A DNA stretch of 20,000 nucleotides. It comes from an uncultured virus (IMG/VR IMGVR_UViG_3300046003_003079) (Duplodnaviria; Heunggongvirae; Uroviricota; Caudoviricetes; Crassvirales). A model generated the notes under the pieces. That model saw only the letters and a list, made by a program, of their open reading frames with translations. It did not search any database and had not been told where the DNA came from. Made by a program: the position numbers and the translations under genes. Of this stretch, positions 1 through 9,163 are shown piece by piece. The stretch is from IMG/VR virus record IMGVR_UViG_3300046003_003079. The stretch is one strand, 5' to 3'. Position 1 is the first letter of the stretch. Each line of letters begins with the position of its first letter.

Positions 1-5
1 CTTCT

Positions 6-3000
6 ATGGGAGCTGTATCAAAAGATGCTCAAGAGGATATTGTTAGATCAATCGTAGGTCAAGGAACTACTGCTGAATATATGTCTTCAGATAAGAGAAA
101 CGACTTAACTAAAGTATTATTTAGTTTGTCTCAAACTCTTGGGCAAGCAGCTACTGGAGGTGTTCTTGGTGGGGGCGCTTCAGCTGCGAGTAAGGCAGCA
201 TCATTCGCCCCATTCTACGCTGGTAGTTACTATGAAATGAGAGATCAGTTTGATAGCCCAGAGTTTGCTGATGTATCAGATGCTCAGAAAATATTGTTTT
301 CATCTCTTTATGGAACCGCATCAGCTGTACTTGAGAAATATGGTTTAACGAAATCCATAGCAAAGACACCTATGGGTCAAGGACTGACTAATAGAATATT
401 AAATTCAGCTATTAAAGGACTTCCAAAAGATGCTACTGAAACACAAGTGAGAGATGCTATTGAGAATAGCGTTATAAATAAGCTAAAGGAAGCTGGAGTC
501 AGAACGGTGAGTGCTGCCGTAATAGAAGGATCAACTGAAGCAGCTCAATCAGCTACTCAAATAACATTAAAGGAAACTTTTGATTTACTAAATGATAATA
601 ATTATTTTGATAACGGTACTGGTTGGGACATTGCTAAGCAAATCGCAACTGAAGCATACTTAGGTGCGATTGGCGGGGGAATGATGAGCGTGGCTTCTAG
701 CGGAACTAGAATCATGGCTGATGGAATAAATAAATCGCTGAATAAAGGTCAGATGGAAATGCTTGATGCTATCTCTAAGTTAGATGGTATGGATGCTGCA
801 TTTGATGCTCATTTAAAGAGTAAGGTTATTAGCGGTGAAATAACTCCAGCAGAGGCTTCAGAAATGAATAAATCATTCCGAGAAGTTAAGGCAAACATGG
901 ATAAAATCCCAACTGACATCTCAATCGAAAAGAAATCAGAAGCGTTCGATTTAATGATTGAAAGATCTAAGATTGAAAAAGAGATTGAAGGCAAGGAGGA
1001 TAACTTAGTTGTTGGTCAAAAGGAAAGAATTAAAGAAATCAATCTTTCATTACAAGAATTAAGTACTGCTAAAGCGGAACCAATAGAAGCTAACGACCAA
1101 GTTGACGTGCAAATTAACGACCAAGTTGTGGTTGATAAGCCAGTCATTGCAAAAAATGCAACTGTTGAGGTAGAAAGATTAAAAACATTAGCTCCAGAAG
1201 TTGAGGATGGCGCTACATTAAATCTAGACGGATCTAAATATGAAGGAGTTGGATTAGTGGTACCAGTTGATAGTATCAATACAACTACTGAAGAAATTAC
1301 TCCAGAAATGATTGCTGACTTTGTTGAGTCACGTCAAGAAATGATTGGAGATGCTGGAGTAGTAAAAGCTGGAGTATATAAATTCCCAAATAGTAATCAG
1401 GTATCTATCGATTTGTCAGTAGTCGTTCCAGAAACATCAAGAGAACAAGCAATTGAATTCGGGAAGTTGGCTGATCAAGAGTCCTTATTTGACTTAGGTA
1501 CATTTGAAAATGTGAAAACTGGGGGGACTGGATTAAATCCAATGAAATTTACTCCAGAGCAACATAGAGAAATTGCGACTGCATTAAAAGAAGGAAGAGT
1601 TCCAAATGTATTTGGTTCACAATCACAAGCTGTAGAGCAAAACGAACTCACACTTGATAATTATTCAGACGTTGAGAAATCAATTGTAACGAACGATAAG
1701 GATGGTAGAGCTACGAATATAGCAAAAGCAGCTAGAGCTGTGCTTAAATCTCTTCCTAGTGCAAAAATATACCTACATAATACCACTGAAGAATATCGAG
1801 ATGCAATCGCGAAGGCAGAAGGATCAGATCGTGAGCAGGTGGATATCGATGAGAATGGGGACCAGCAGTCAAACGGTACATACTTAAATGGAGGAATTCA
1901 TATAGACATGTCTAGAGCTGATGCGTCAACAGTATTCCACGAAGCATTTCATCATGCAGTTGTTACTACAGAAATGAAGAAAGAACTGATGCGTGACTGG
2001 GTGGATGGACTGAAGAAAATTGTATCAGATAAAGATCTTATTGCAAAGCTTGAAGGTTTTGAGTCCAGATACGATGGGGATGTGGATTCCGATAAGGCTG
2101 AAGAATTTCTTGCCGAACTAAATGCAATACTAGCTGAAGCAAAGACTGAATTAACAACTACTAAGCTGCAACAATTTAAGCAGTTAGTAAATTCTATTGC
2201 TAAAAAGTTAGGGCTTCCTGCTGTGTTTAAGGATTCAGATACTGCTCAAGAGGTTTTGAATTTTATGAACGACATGGCTAAAAACATGCGTCAAGGGAAG
2301 GAGATAAAAACTACTTCTGTAGTTGGAGATATTGCTTCTCGTAAAAAACGTATGTCTGAGCCAGTTGCTGGGAATAAATTATTCAGCGAGCCTCTTAAGG
2401 ATGCATCTGTAATTGCAGAAAGATATTCAGAGAAATCTGGTATTGAGTATGTCGATCCAGCGAAAATCTCAAAACTTGATGAAAGCAATTCAAAAGCAAT
2501 TGCTGCTGAGTACGACAAAATGAAAAATGATCCTACTGATCCAGAAGTGAAAGCTGCGTATGACGCAATGATTAGTGAGACAATCGATCAATATGAAGAG
2601 ATCATTAAGGATGGATATGTAATCGAAGTGAATAACAACGAGCCATACTCTAGTTCTGAAGAGATGATAAAAGATCTTCGTGATAATAAGCGAATGAAAA
2701 TATTCTCTACTGAGTCTGGATTTGGAGATGATCCAATTACTGATGAGCAGAGAGCAGAAAACCCATTACTTCAAAGAACTAAGTATTCAGATTCGAATGG
2801 AGTTCCATTACTAGCGAATGATATATTTAGATTTGTGCATGACTTCTTTGGTCACGCTAAATTTGGAAATGGATTTGGTCCAGTTGGGGAGGAAAATGCT
2901 TGGAGAATTCATTCAGTTATGTATTCTGAATTAGCCAGAAGAGCTGTTACTTCTGAAACGAGAGGTCAAAATAGCTGGGTTAATTTTAGTGGGGTGAATG

Positions 3001-6000
3001 ACGCTGCATTTAAACTGCGTGATAAAGCCAGAGAGTTACGTAAGCAAGGTAAAATTAATGAAGCAAATGAAATGGTTGGTCAAGTTTATGATCAAATGCA
3101 ATTTGCTGAACAGAAGGTTGGATTAATGCCAGAGTGGGTATCAGAAACTGGGCCTCGTAAAAAACAAAAGTCAGGTAAGAAGCCACTTCAAAAAGCAATC
3201 GATAAGTCATTCGCGAAGTCTACTAAAAAAGTAGTTATAAATGAGCGTGTTGCACTTAGAGATCAAATAAAATCAGAAGTGAAAGCTGCGCGTACAGCTG
3301 GCCTTGATAAGGTAAGAAAATTCAGAGCGATTGCTGGTGCAGTAAATGCAATGAAGCGTAATGGATCGATCACTTCGAAGCAAGCAATCACTATTGTAAA
3401 CAAGCTTGCAAAAGTTAATTTAGATAGTCCAGTAGCTACGCAGAAATTCATAGATTACGCATCGAAAGTATTCGATAATGCTGATTACAAACAGCAATTG
3501 TCTGATGCATTTAAGATTCAACGACAAATTAAAAACAAGTTAAAAAATGGTCAAGCATCAACTATTGCAGCAGCTAAGGCTTTTGCGTCAATCGATCCAC
3601 TTCTTGTGGATGACTTTAGTGAATACATGGAGTACGCGAACAGAGTGTATTCAGCTGTACGCTCATCTCGTACCACTAATTCAGCGGTAGAATTAAAGTC
3701 TGCTATGGATATCCAAGCGATTAGTGAATATACTGACGCTATGATTGAAGTACAGAATGAAAAAAGAAAGGAAGAAATTCTTGCAGTATACCAAGAACTA
3801 GTAGATGCTGGAGTTATATCTGAAGACATGTCTTTGAAAGATATTCAATCAGTAATAAATTCACTTAAGGACCCGTCCAATAAAGACATCCAAGAGGAAA
3901 GTATTCGTGCATTCATCAATGGAAGAATTGAATTATTAAATAATGATATCCAGTTCATCCTTAAGAATAGCATTGATCCATCTGGAGATAATTTAGAGAT
4001 CACTCCAAGACAGCGAGAACTTATTTCGAAACTGATTAAAATAGATGCGTCAAAACTTTCTATAAAAGAAGCGATTAGACTTGTTGAATTCATGGATAAC
4101 TTCACAGCTAATGGAGTAGTTGATGGGATTGAGGAGGTTAGTTCTATTTACGAAGGTAAAGAAGGCGCTGCTAGAATTAAGAAAGAAGGAATTGTAGCTA
4201 GGTCTTTGAAGACACTTAATGGAAAATTGAGTGGGTCCAAAACAAAAGCTTACGGAGGTGCTATTTGGGCGCAACAGATGATGACATTTGTTACTCTGAA
4301 TGACATGATGTTCAAGGGTGTTCGTAGAGCTGGGAAGGTTCTTACTGAGATGGGATTTTATGCCTTTTCCAATGGTGCCAATAAGGCGAATAATACTTGG
4401 AATAAGATTGTAAATGAATATTCTGACACATTCACTAAGCTAAAACCTAATGGAGAAAAATTTAACACAGCTAAAAATATCTATGAGCGCGGGATGTATG
4501 CGTTCATTAATAGAACTGTAGCTGGTACTGAGGCTCAACAAAAAGAAGAGCTAGCAAGAAAGGTTGGATTGCTTAAGGAAAGTATCTCAAGACTTAAAAA
4601 GAAAGGGGATTTGAAGCAGCAGAAAATGGCTGACATCTACCAAGAGCTATTTGATAAGCTTGGTCTTGATGAAAACAATCTTATCATTTCTGATATTGAG
4701 TCTAGAATCGATCCAATAAATAAGGATGCTGTAAACTGGTGGATTGATGAATGGGGTAAGCACTACTCTGACCTTGCTGATGTAAGTTCAAGCGTGTATA
4801 ATACCATTCTTGGTAAAGATGTAAACTATACCCCAGATGCATTCTCAAAGATTACATCTACGGCTGACAATATTGAACAGATACTTGAGGATAATGGCGG
4901 AGCTTTTGCTGCATCACTTAACTACGTGTACGATAAAAAAGCTGGAGCATTAATGGAATCGAAGAAGTTATCTGGAATGGATATAGATAGATTCGTTAAT
5001 CTAGACTTTGATGCTGTAAATTCTCGTGCGGTTAAATCAGCATTAATTGATATCAATACTGCTGCAGCTACAAGACAGATTCAAGGATTTCTTTCTTCTG
5101 ATGAGTGGAGCGAAATAATTCCAAGTAAAGAAGACAGGGATTTGTATGAAGCAAAACTTAAATCATACATTTTCAGATCTAGAAATAAAATGGCTGGATC
5201 AGCTGACAAAGATTCAACACTTGCAACTATTGAGCGTATCACTAGAACTATGGGTCTTTTAGGTACAACTAAGGCATTAGGTGGAGTTCTTCAGTCAATC
5301 AAGCAAACTGTTCCAGTTATGATTAATACTGCAATCAATACTGGAGAAACAATGAGAATTCTGACTCCATTTAAGGATAAGGATATTCATGACTGGATTG
5401 ATAGAAGTGGGATGGCTATTTCGAATCGTGGAGCTGAATCAAGAACAAACATCGAGGCGGCCCATGACGTATTAGAGAAAGCATTTGAAGGGTCTGCAAT
5501 TGGAAGAGCTACTGAAGAAACATGGAAAGCTATTGAAAAAGCAAATACAATGTGGCTTAAAGTGTTCCTTGCTAATCCAGATGTTTGGGTAGCGAGAAGC
5601 GCATTCATTTCTTACTACAAGCAGGACTTGAAAAGACAAGGAATTGATGCAAGTAATATTGATTGGACTAATCACGAGATGAATACTGAGGCAGCAAACT
5701 ATGCTCAACACATGGTTGATCGCCAGCAGAACGTATCTGATACAAATCTTGGAGGTGAGTTGTTTACAAATGAAAACTTCTACGCAAAAATGCTTAAGAA
5801 TATTTTATTCCCATTTGCATCATTTGCTATAAACCAGAAGTCAAGAATGTATTCAGATGTCGCGACACTCACTTCAACTGATGGTTCATACGAGGATAAA
5901 GTAACAGCAATGAGATCTCTTGGAGGTGTTATTGTTGAGATGCTTGCTTACCAATCGTTAGGTGTAATGATCAGATATGCAATTATTACTGCAGTCAGAG

Positions 6001-6839
6001 AAGCACTTACTGGATATGAGCCAGATGAAGAAGAAAAGGATAAGTGGTTTGCAAATCAAGCAAAATACGCATCAAGACAAACAATAGTCGATCTTGCATC
6101 TCCAGCTCCAATTGCTGATTACTGGGTGATTGAGGCGGTGAATAAAATGATCGGAGCAGTATCTGATCCATCTGATTCTACAATCCAAGATGCAGTAAAT
6201 GTTGAGAATGAAGCAAGAATGCTTAAAGGTGAAGACCCGCTTGATGGATACAAGAAGGATGAATGGATTGCTAACTGGAAGAAAGAACAAGTAAAAGACA
6301 ATCAGTTCTTAAATGATTCAGATATGTCATTCGGTACGCTTGGAATTATTGGCGATAAGGCTGGAAAACTTCTTGATATGATTGAAGTCGCCAATACTGG
6401 AGTACTTAACTATGAGTTTGCAGGACAGAAGCAAGAGAAATTCATTATGGAAAAAGATCGTGAAGCAGTTAAAACAATGATTCCATACATGGCGCTATAC
6501 GTGGCTGGATTCGCACCTAAAGAGGTGGAAGATGCATCGAGATATGTGATAGCTGACACTAAGAAAATGGGTGTTTCAATGAAAAAGGGAGTTACTTATC
6601 AAGAAATTGTAGATTACAATAAAGGGAAAGAAGTTGATAAAATTCAAGCATTCTTGATTGATAAGATGAGAGGTACCGATGACATGAAGGCATCAGAAAG
6701 AATTATTGAGGAGATCGACTGGATCAATGAGAAAGGTGGATTAAGCAATGATAAGCAGATGGATAAATATATCGAAATCTACGAAAGAGATGGCAGCGTT
6801 GGAGCTACCGACATGGAGAAAATCCAGAAGTTAAAGTAA
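6..6839 (+). CDS. Giant multidomain phage protein (large polyvalent / virion-injected type), probably 5'-truncated. Contains a zincin HExxH domain, an HDxxGH domain, a possible SAM-lyase-like domain and a long helical C-terminus
   Basis: 2277-aa ORF; frame is open to the window edge (TCT precedes the ATG). G/A-rich N-terminal region like ejection proteins; TVFHEAFHH...EEFLAE (nt ~1929-2117); FRFVHDFFGH...GEENAW (nt ~2826-2903); followed directly by a terminator. Confidence 0.75.
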   Translation: MGAVSKDAQEDIVRSIVGQGTTAEYMSSDKRNDLTKVLFSLSQTLGQAATGGVLGGGASAASKAASFAPFYAGSYYEMRDQFDSPEFADVSDAQKILFSSLYGTASAVLEKYGLTKSIAKTPMGQGLTNRILNSAIKGLPKDATETQVRDAIENSVINKLKEAGVRTVSAAVIEGSTEAAQSATQITLKETFDLLNDNNYFDNGTGWDIAKQIATEAYLGAIGGGMMSVASSGTRIMADGINKSLNKGQMEMLDAISKLDGMDAAFDAHLKSKVISGEITPAEASEMNKSFREVKANMDKIPTDISIEKKSEAFDLMIERSKIEKEIEGKEDNLVVGQKERIKEINLSLQELSTAKAEPIEANDQVDVQINDQVVVDKPVIAKNATVEVERLKTLAPEVEDGATLNLDGSKYEGVGLVVPVDSINTTTEEITPEMIADFVESRQEMIGDAGVVKAGVYKFPNSNQVSIDLSVVVPETSREQAIEFGKLADQESLFDLGTFENVKTGGTGLNPMKFTPEQHREIATALKEGRVPNVFGSQSQAVEQNELTLDNYSDVEKSIVTNDKDGRATNIAKAARAVLKSLPSAKIYLHNTTEEYRDAIAKAEGSDREQVDIDENGDQQSNGTYLNGGIHIDMSRADASTVFHEAFHHAVVTTEMKKELMRDWVDGLKKIVSDKDLIAKLEGFESRYDGDVDSDKAEEFLAELNAILAEAKTELTTTKLQQFKQLVNSIAKKLGLPAVFKDSDTAQEVLNFMNDMAKNMRQGKEIKTTSVVGDIASRKKRMSEPVAGNKLFSEPLKDASVIAERYSEKSGIEYVDPAKISKLDESNSKAIAAEYDKMKNDPTDPEVKAAYDAMISETIDQYEEIIKDGYVIEVNNNEPYSSSEEMIKDLRDNKRMKIFSTESGFGDDPITDEQRAENPLLQRTKYSDSNGVPLLANDIFRFVHDFFGHAKFGNGFGPVGEENAWRIHSVMYSELARRAVTSETRGQNSWVNFSGVNDAAFKLRDKARELRKQGKINEANEMVGQVYDQMQFAEQKVGLMPEWVSETGPRKKQKSGKKPLQKAIDKSFAKSTKKVVINERVALRDQIKSEVKAARTAGLDKVRKFRAIAGAVNAMKRNGSITSKQAITIVNKLAKVNLDSPVATQKFIDYASKVFDNADYKQQLSDAFKIQRQIKNKLKNGQASTIAAAKAFASIDPLLVDDFSEYMEYANRVYSAVRSSRTTNSAVELKSAMDIQAISEYTDAMIEVQNEKRKEEILAVYQELVDAGVISEDMSLKDIQSVINSLKDPSNKDIQEESIRAFINGRIELLNNDIQFILKNSIDPSGDNLEITPRQRELISKLIKIDASKLSIKEAIRLVEFMDNFTANGVVDGIEEVSSIYEGKEGAARIKKEGIVARSLKTLNGKLSGSKTKAYGGAIWAQQMMTFVTLNDMMFKGVRRAGKVLTEMGFYAFSNGANKANNTWNKIVNEYSDTFTKLKPNGEKFNTAKNIYERGMYAFINRTVAGTEAQQKEELARKVGLLKESISRLKKKGDLKQQKMADIYQELFDKLGLDENNLIISDIESRIDPINKDAVNWWIDEWGKHYSDLADVSSSVYNTILGKDVNYTPDAFSKITSTADNIEQILEDNGGAFAASLNYVYDKKAGALMESKKLSGMDIDRFVNLDFDAVNSRAVKSALIDINTAAATRQIQGFLSSDEWSEIIPSKEDRDLYEAKLKSYIFRSRNKMAGSADKDSTLATIERITRTMGLLGTTKALGGVLQSIKQTVPVMINTAINTGETMRILTPFKDKDIHDWIDRSGMAISNRGAESRTNIEAAHDVLEKAFEGSAIGRATEETWKAIEKANTMWLKVFLANPDVWVARSAFISYYKQDLKRQGIDASNIDWTNHEMNTEAANYAQHMVDRQQNVSDTNLGGELFTNENFYAKMLKNILFPFASFAINQKSRMYSDVATLTSTDGSYEDKVTAMRSLGGVIVEMLAYQSLGVMIRYAIITAVREALTGYEPDEEEKDKWFANQAKYASRQTIVDLASPAPIADYWVIEAVNKMIGAVSDPSDSTIQDAVNVENEARMLKGEDPLDGYKKDEWIANWKKEQVKDNQFLNDSDMSFGTLGIIGDKAGKLLDMIEVANTGVLNYEFAGQKQEKFIMEKDREAVKTMIPYMALYVAGFAPKEVEDASRYVIADTKKMGVSMKKGVTYQEIVDYNKGKEVDKIQAFLIDKMRGTDDMKASERIIEEIDWINEKGGLSNDKQMDKYIEIYERDGSVGATDMEKIQKLK

Positions 6840-6842
6840 AAG

Positions 6843-6872
6843 AAAAACCCGCATAGTGATATGCGGGTTTTT
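6843..6872. terminator. Bidirectional intrinsic terminator between convergent transcription units
   Basis: Perfect inverted repeat AAAAACCCGCATA-gtga-TATGCGGGTTTTT, giving a U-tract on both strands; 4 nt after the + ORF stop and about 35 nt past the stop of the - strand gene ending at 6907. Confidence 0.93.
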
Positions 6873-6906
6873 GTTAAACAACAGCTTAATTGTCTCACCG
6901 ATTAAG

Positions 6907-7203
6907 TTAGTTTTTAATTACGATCCAATCTTCAGCAAGCATATCTGTTTGAGATGCTAGCCAACCCATTAATATCTTATTATCTGCTGTCTTCATTGTG
7001 ATAACTGATAATACATCAGCAGATCCTCCATTTTGTTCTGCAAATGATTTGTTATGCTTATTCCAGAACTTATCCGAAGGTAATGCATCTGTTCCAACTA
7101 AAAGTGCTAACCACATTCCTTTACCGTTCCATCCAGAACGCGCTACTTTTTCTCCATTTTTTAAAGCCTCAATAGCTCCTCCAAATGTCATTTGATTTTC
7201 CAT
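6907..7203 (-). CDS. tad2: DUF2829-family protein, Thoeris anti-defence 2 (Tad2)-like nucleotide-signal sponge
   Basis: 98 aa with the family hallmarks MTFGGAIEALKNGEKVARSGWNGKGMWL at the N-terminus and GWLASQTDMLAEDW at the C-terminus. Confidence 0.85.
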   Translation of the reverse strand: MENQMTFGGAIEALKNGEKVARSGWNGKGMWLALLVGTDALPSDKFWNKHNKSFAEQNGGSADVLSVITMKTADNKILMGWLASQTDMLAEDWIVIKN

Positions 7204-7223
7204 TTATATTTGATTTTAAATTA

Positions 7224-7466
7224 TTACTCCGTAAAATTAGCTTTTACTGCCCACATTGCAGCCTCTTCATAACTTGTCTGAGCAATTGAGATAACTCTAT
7301 GTTTTTCGGAAGAAATATAAGCGCCTTCTACTTCGTGAATCCTCATTTTTTCAACTAAATCAATCAATTCAGCTGATTTGTCTTTGATTTGACTCACCAA
7401 ATCGCTTTTTGCAGGATTAAACTCTGCCTTTACTCGTTTTTGTCCTAATGTTTGAGACATATTCAT
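7224..7466 (-). CDS. Acb2/Tad1-like helical-hairpin protein (candidate cyclic-nucleotide sponge)
   Basis: 80 aa, two long helices; C-terminal R-x-x-S-I-A-Q-T-x-x-E-E-A-A-M-W-A-V-K-A resembles the Acb2/Tad1 hairpin consensus; A/T-rich leader. Confidence 0.7.
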   Translation of the reverse strand: MNMSQTLGQKRVKAEFNPAKSDLVSQIKDKSAELIDLVEKMRIHEVEGAYISSEKHRVISIAQTSYEEAAMWAVKANFTE

Positions 7467-7481
7467 TTAATTTAAATTATT

Positions 7482-7513
7482 ACTAGACTATTAAGCCTGC
7501 CTAGTTTCGGCTT
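7482..7513 (-). other. Predicted intergenic H-type RNA pseudoknot
   Basis: mRNA sense AAGCC-GAA-ACUAGGC-A-GGCUU-AAUA-GUCUAGU: stem 1 AAGCC/GGCUU, stem 2 ACUAGGC/GUCUAGU (one G-U pair). Confidence 0.5.
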
Positions 7514-7824
7514 TATTCAATTATATAAATTCTTGTTGGACGCGTAAACTTATGGATTCCAGTAGCATTATCTACAGTGTAATCCTCAATATCGGATGAG
7601 TGAGGCTTATCACATTTAACTGCATAATGTATTTGGCATCCAGCAATTATAATGTGATTCTCTTCGCTTCCAATTCTTACATACCAGTTAGATGCATTTC
7701 TATTGGTCTTTATTCCAAGAATAGAGTCGTCCATAGTTTCAACTTCACCCCAAACGGCAGCATACTGCTTGCCATCTGGAGCTACAAACCAATTGTCAGT
7801 TGTAATTAAATACTTTCCTTTCAT
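7513..7824 (-). CDS. Hypothetical beta-rich phage protein
   Basis: 103-aa ORF (LITTDNWFVAPDGKQY.AVWG, NWYVRIG, IAGCQIHYAV); ATGA overlap with the upstream gene. Confidence 0.8.
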   Translation of the reverse strand: MKGKYLITTDNWFVAPDGKQYAAVWGEVETMDDSILGIKTNRNASNWYVRIGSEENHIIIAGCQIHYAVKCDKPHSSDIEDYTVDNATGIHKFTRPTRIYIIE

Positions 7825-8006
7825 ATTAACATCAAGTAAATAAATATTTTGTTAATCATTTCAGTTATCGAATATGTGATATGCACACCAAACAACGAAA
7901 GTGCAGTAAAAACTGTCCAAACTGTTAATTTGAATCTCAATGTTTCAGTCTTGTCGTGGATAATTAACGCTGTAAGCGTGATCCACAATAGTATAAAGGC
8001 CCACAT
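7821..8006 (-). CDS. Small membrane protein with two hydrophobic segments
   Basis: 61 aa; MWAFILLWITLTALII and LTVWTVFTALSLFGVHI; TAATG and ATGA overlaps with its neighbours indicate translational coupling. Confidence 0.65.
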   Translation of the reverse strand: MWAFILLWITLTALIIHDKTETLRFKLTVWTVFTALSLFGVHITYSITEMINKIFIYLMLI

Positions 8007-9163
8007 TAGTTAAAGAAATAAGTCTTTAAATGCTTTCTGTCTGAATACATATCAATATTCTGCAGTACAAATCCGCTGCGTCCCTTCTTAAAGTTTGTTT
8101 GAACCCACTCAGATGACGGACTGAATGCTGGAAAGTTGAAATAGTCGAATTCATCTGATGTGCACATGTCAAATAGACACTGATGCGAGTCTCCCTTGCT
8201 GAATTCTATGTACTTACACGCACGTAATTCATTATTATGACGAATGTATTGAGAAATCTTTTCTGTGGTTCTAGGATCAAGTTGAGGTTTAAACCCAAAC
8301 TTCATATTATGAGAATCCTTACCATGTGAGATAATGAATCCGTGATCTCCAATAATATAGAAGTTGATGAATTTTTGATGATTGATCACAATCACGTTTG
8401 GAAACTTGCAGTCAACAATTGCTTTGAATGCTGAGTTAAGAATATATGAAAAAGATCCTGAATGATTATCGTTGCATAGGTTGTTGCATGTAATATACTC
8501 AAAATGAGGGGCTAGCTTTTCGATCATATACAGTTTTGCGCGAAGTCCATTATCAAATGCTTCTTCATTAGTCATGTTCTGCGGAAGCTTATGACCTTTT
8601 CGAGTTGTTTCACCGTCCCATCCATCAAGATAATCTCCAAGTTCATCAATGATTAATGTATTGCTGGTCCTATTGTCGATAACAAAATCAACCATCATGT
8701 CTACACGCTTCATTAGCTCAACAGCATTCCATTCAGCATCATATAGTGCCAATCCCTTTCTTGATGCATCCATTCCAACATGCACGTCGGTCCAGATTAA
8801 TCGATCAAATAATTTTGTTTTTGGTGCTTTGACTTTCTTTACTGGCTTAAATCCAGCCATACATTCAGAAATGATTGCGTCGAAGTCGATTGATGATACT
8901 TTGTAGTTTGGGTTTCTCACAAACAGGCTGGCCTCCTTTGTTTTAAGCCATAAGTAAGGCACATTTGTTACACTTACTTCTAAACTTTCGGCTGCACTAG
9001 CTATTCCTTTGTCGCCCTTCTTGGCGTAATGCCTGACTCTTAATCTGTATTTATCACTGTAAGGTTCTCCTAATTCCTTGCATGCATGCTTTGCGGCTGC
9101 CATTGCATTTTGGGAGACGTTATTATAGTAATCCATTGCTATTGTAGCAAAATCTCTACTCAT
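8006..9163 (-). CDS. Calcineurin-like metallophosphoesterase with an N-terminal helical extension
   Basis: Ordered motifs TDVHVG, LGDYLDG, NDNH, SHGKD and GDSHQ match the metal-ligand pattern of the superfamily. Confidence 0.85.
   Translation of the reverse strand: MSRDFATIAMDYYNNVSQNAMAAAKHACKELGEPYSDKYRLRVRHYAKKGDKGIASAAESLEVSVTNVPYLWLKTKEASLFVRNPNYKVSSIDFDAIISECMAGFKPVKKVKAPKTKLFDRLIWTDVHVGMDASRKGLALYDAEWNAVELMKRVDMMVDFVIDNRTSNTLIIDELGDYLDGWDGETTRKGHKLPQNMTNEEAFDNGLRAKLYMIEKLAPHFEYITCNNLCNDNHSGSFSYILNSAFKAIVDCKFPNVIVINHQKFINFYIIGDHGFIISHGKDSHNMKFGFKPQLDPRTTEKISQYIRHNNELRACKYIEFSKGDSHQCLFDMCTSDEFDYFNFPAFSPSSEWVQTNFKKGRSGFVLQNIDMYSDRKHLKTYFFN

Noticed and set aside
151..6301. Many short - strand ORFs inside the giant gene
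   Set aside because: Antisense shadows of a long coding frame, with no motifs
6873..6906. Second hairpin/pseudoknot after tad2 (CUUAAU/AUUAAG)
   Set aside because: AU-rich 6-bp stem with a weak second stem; could arise by chance
7467..7515. Hammerhead ribozyme (CGAAAC present) or stop-codon readthrough signal
   Set aside because: No CUGANGA core next to it; in-frame stops follow in both relevant frames
7821..8006. Holin call for the two-TM protein
   Set aside because: No endolysin nearby; hydrophobicity alone is insufficient
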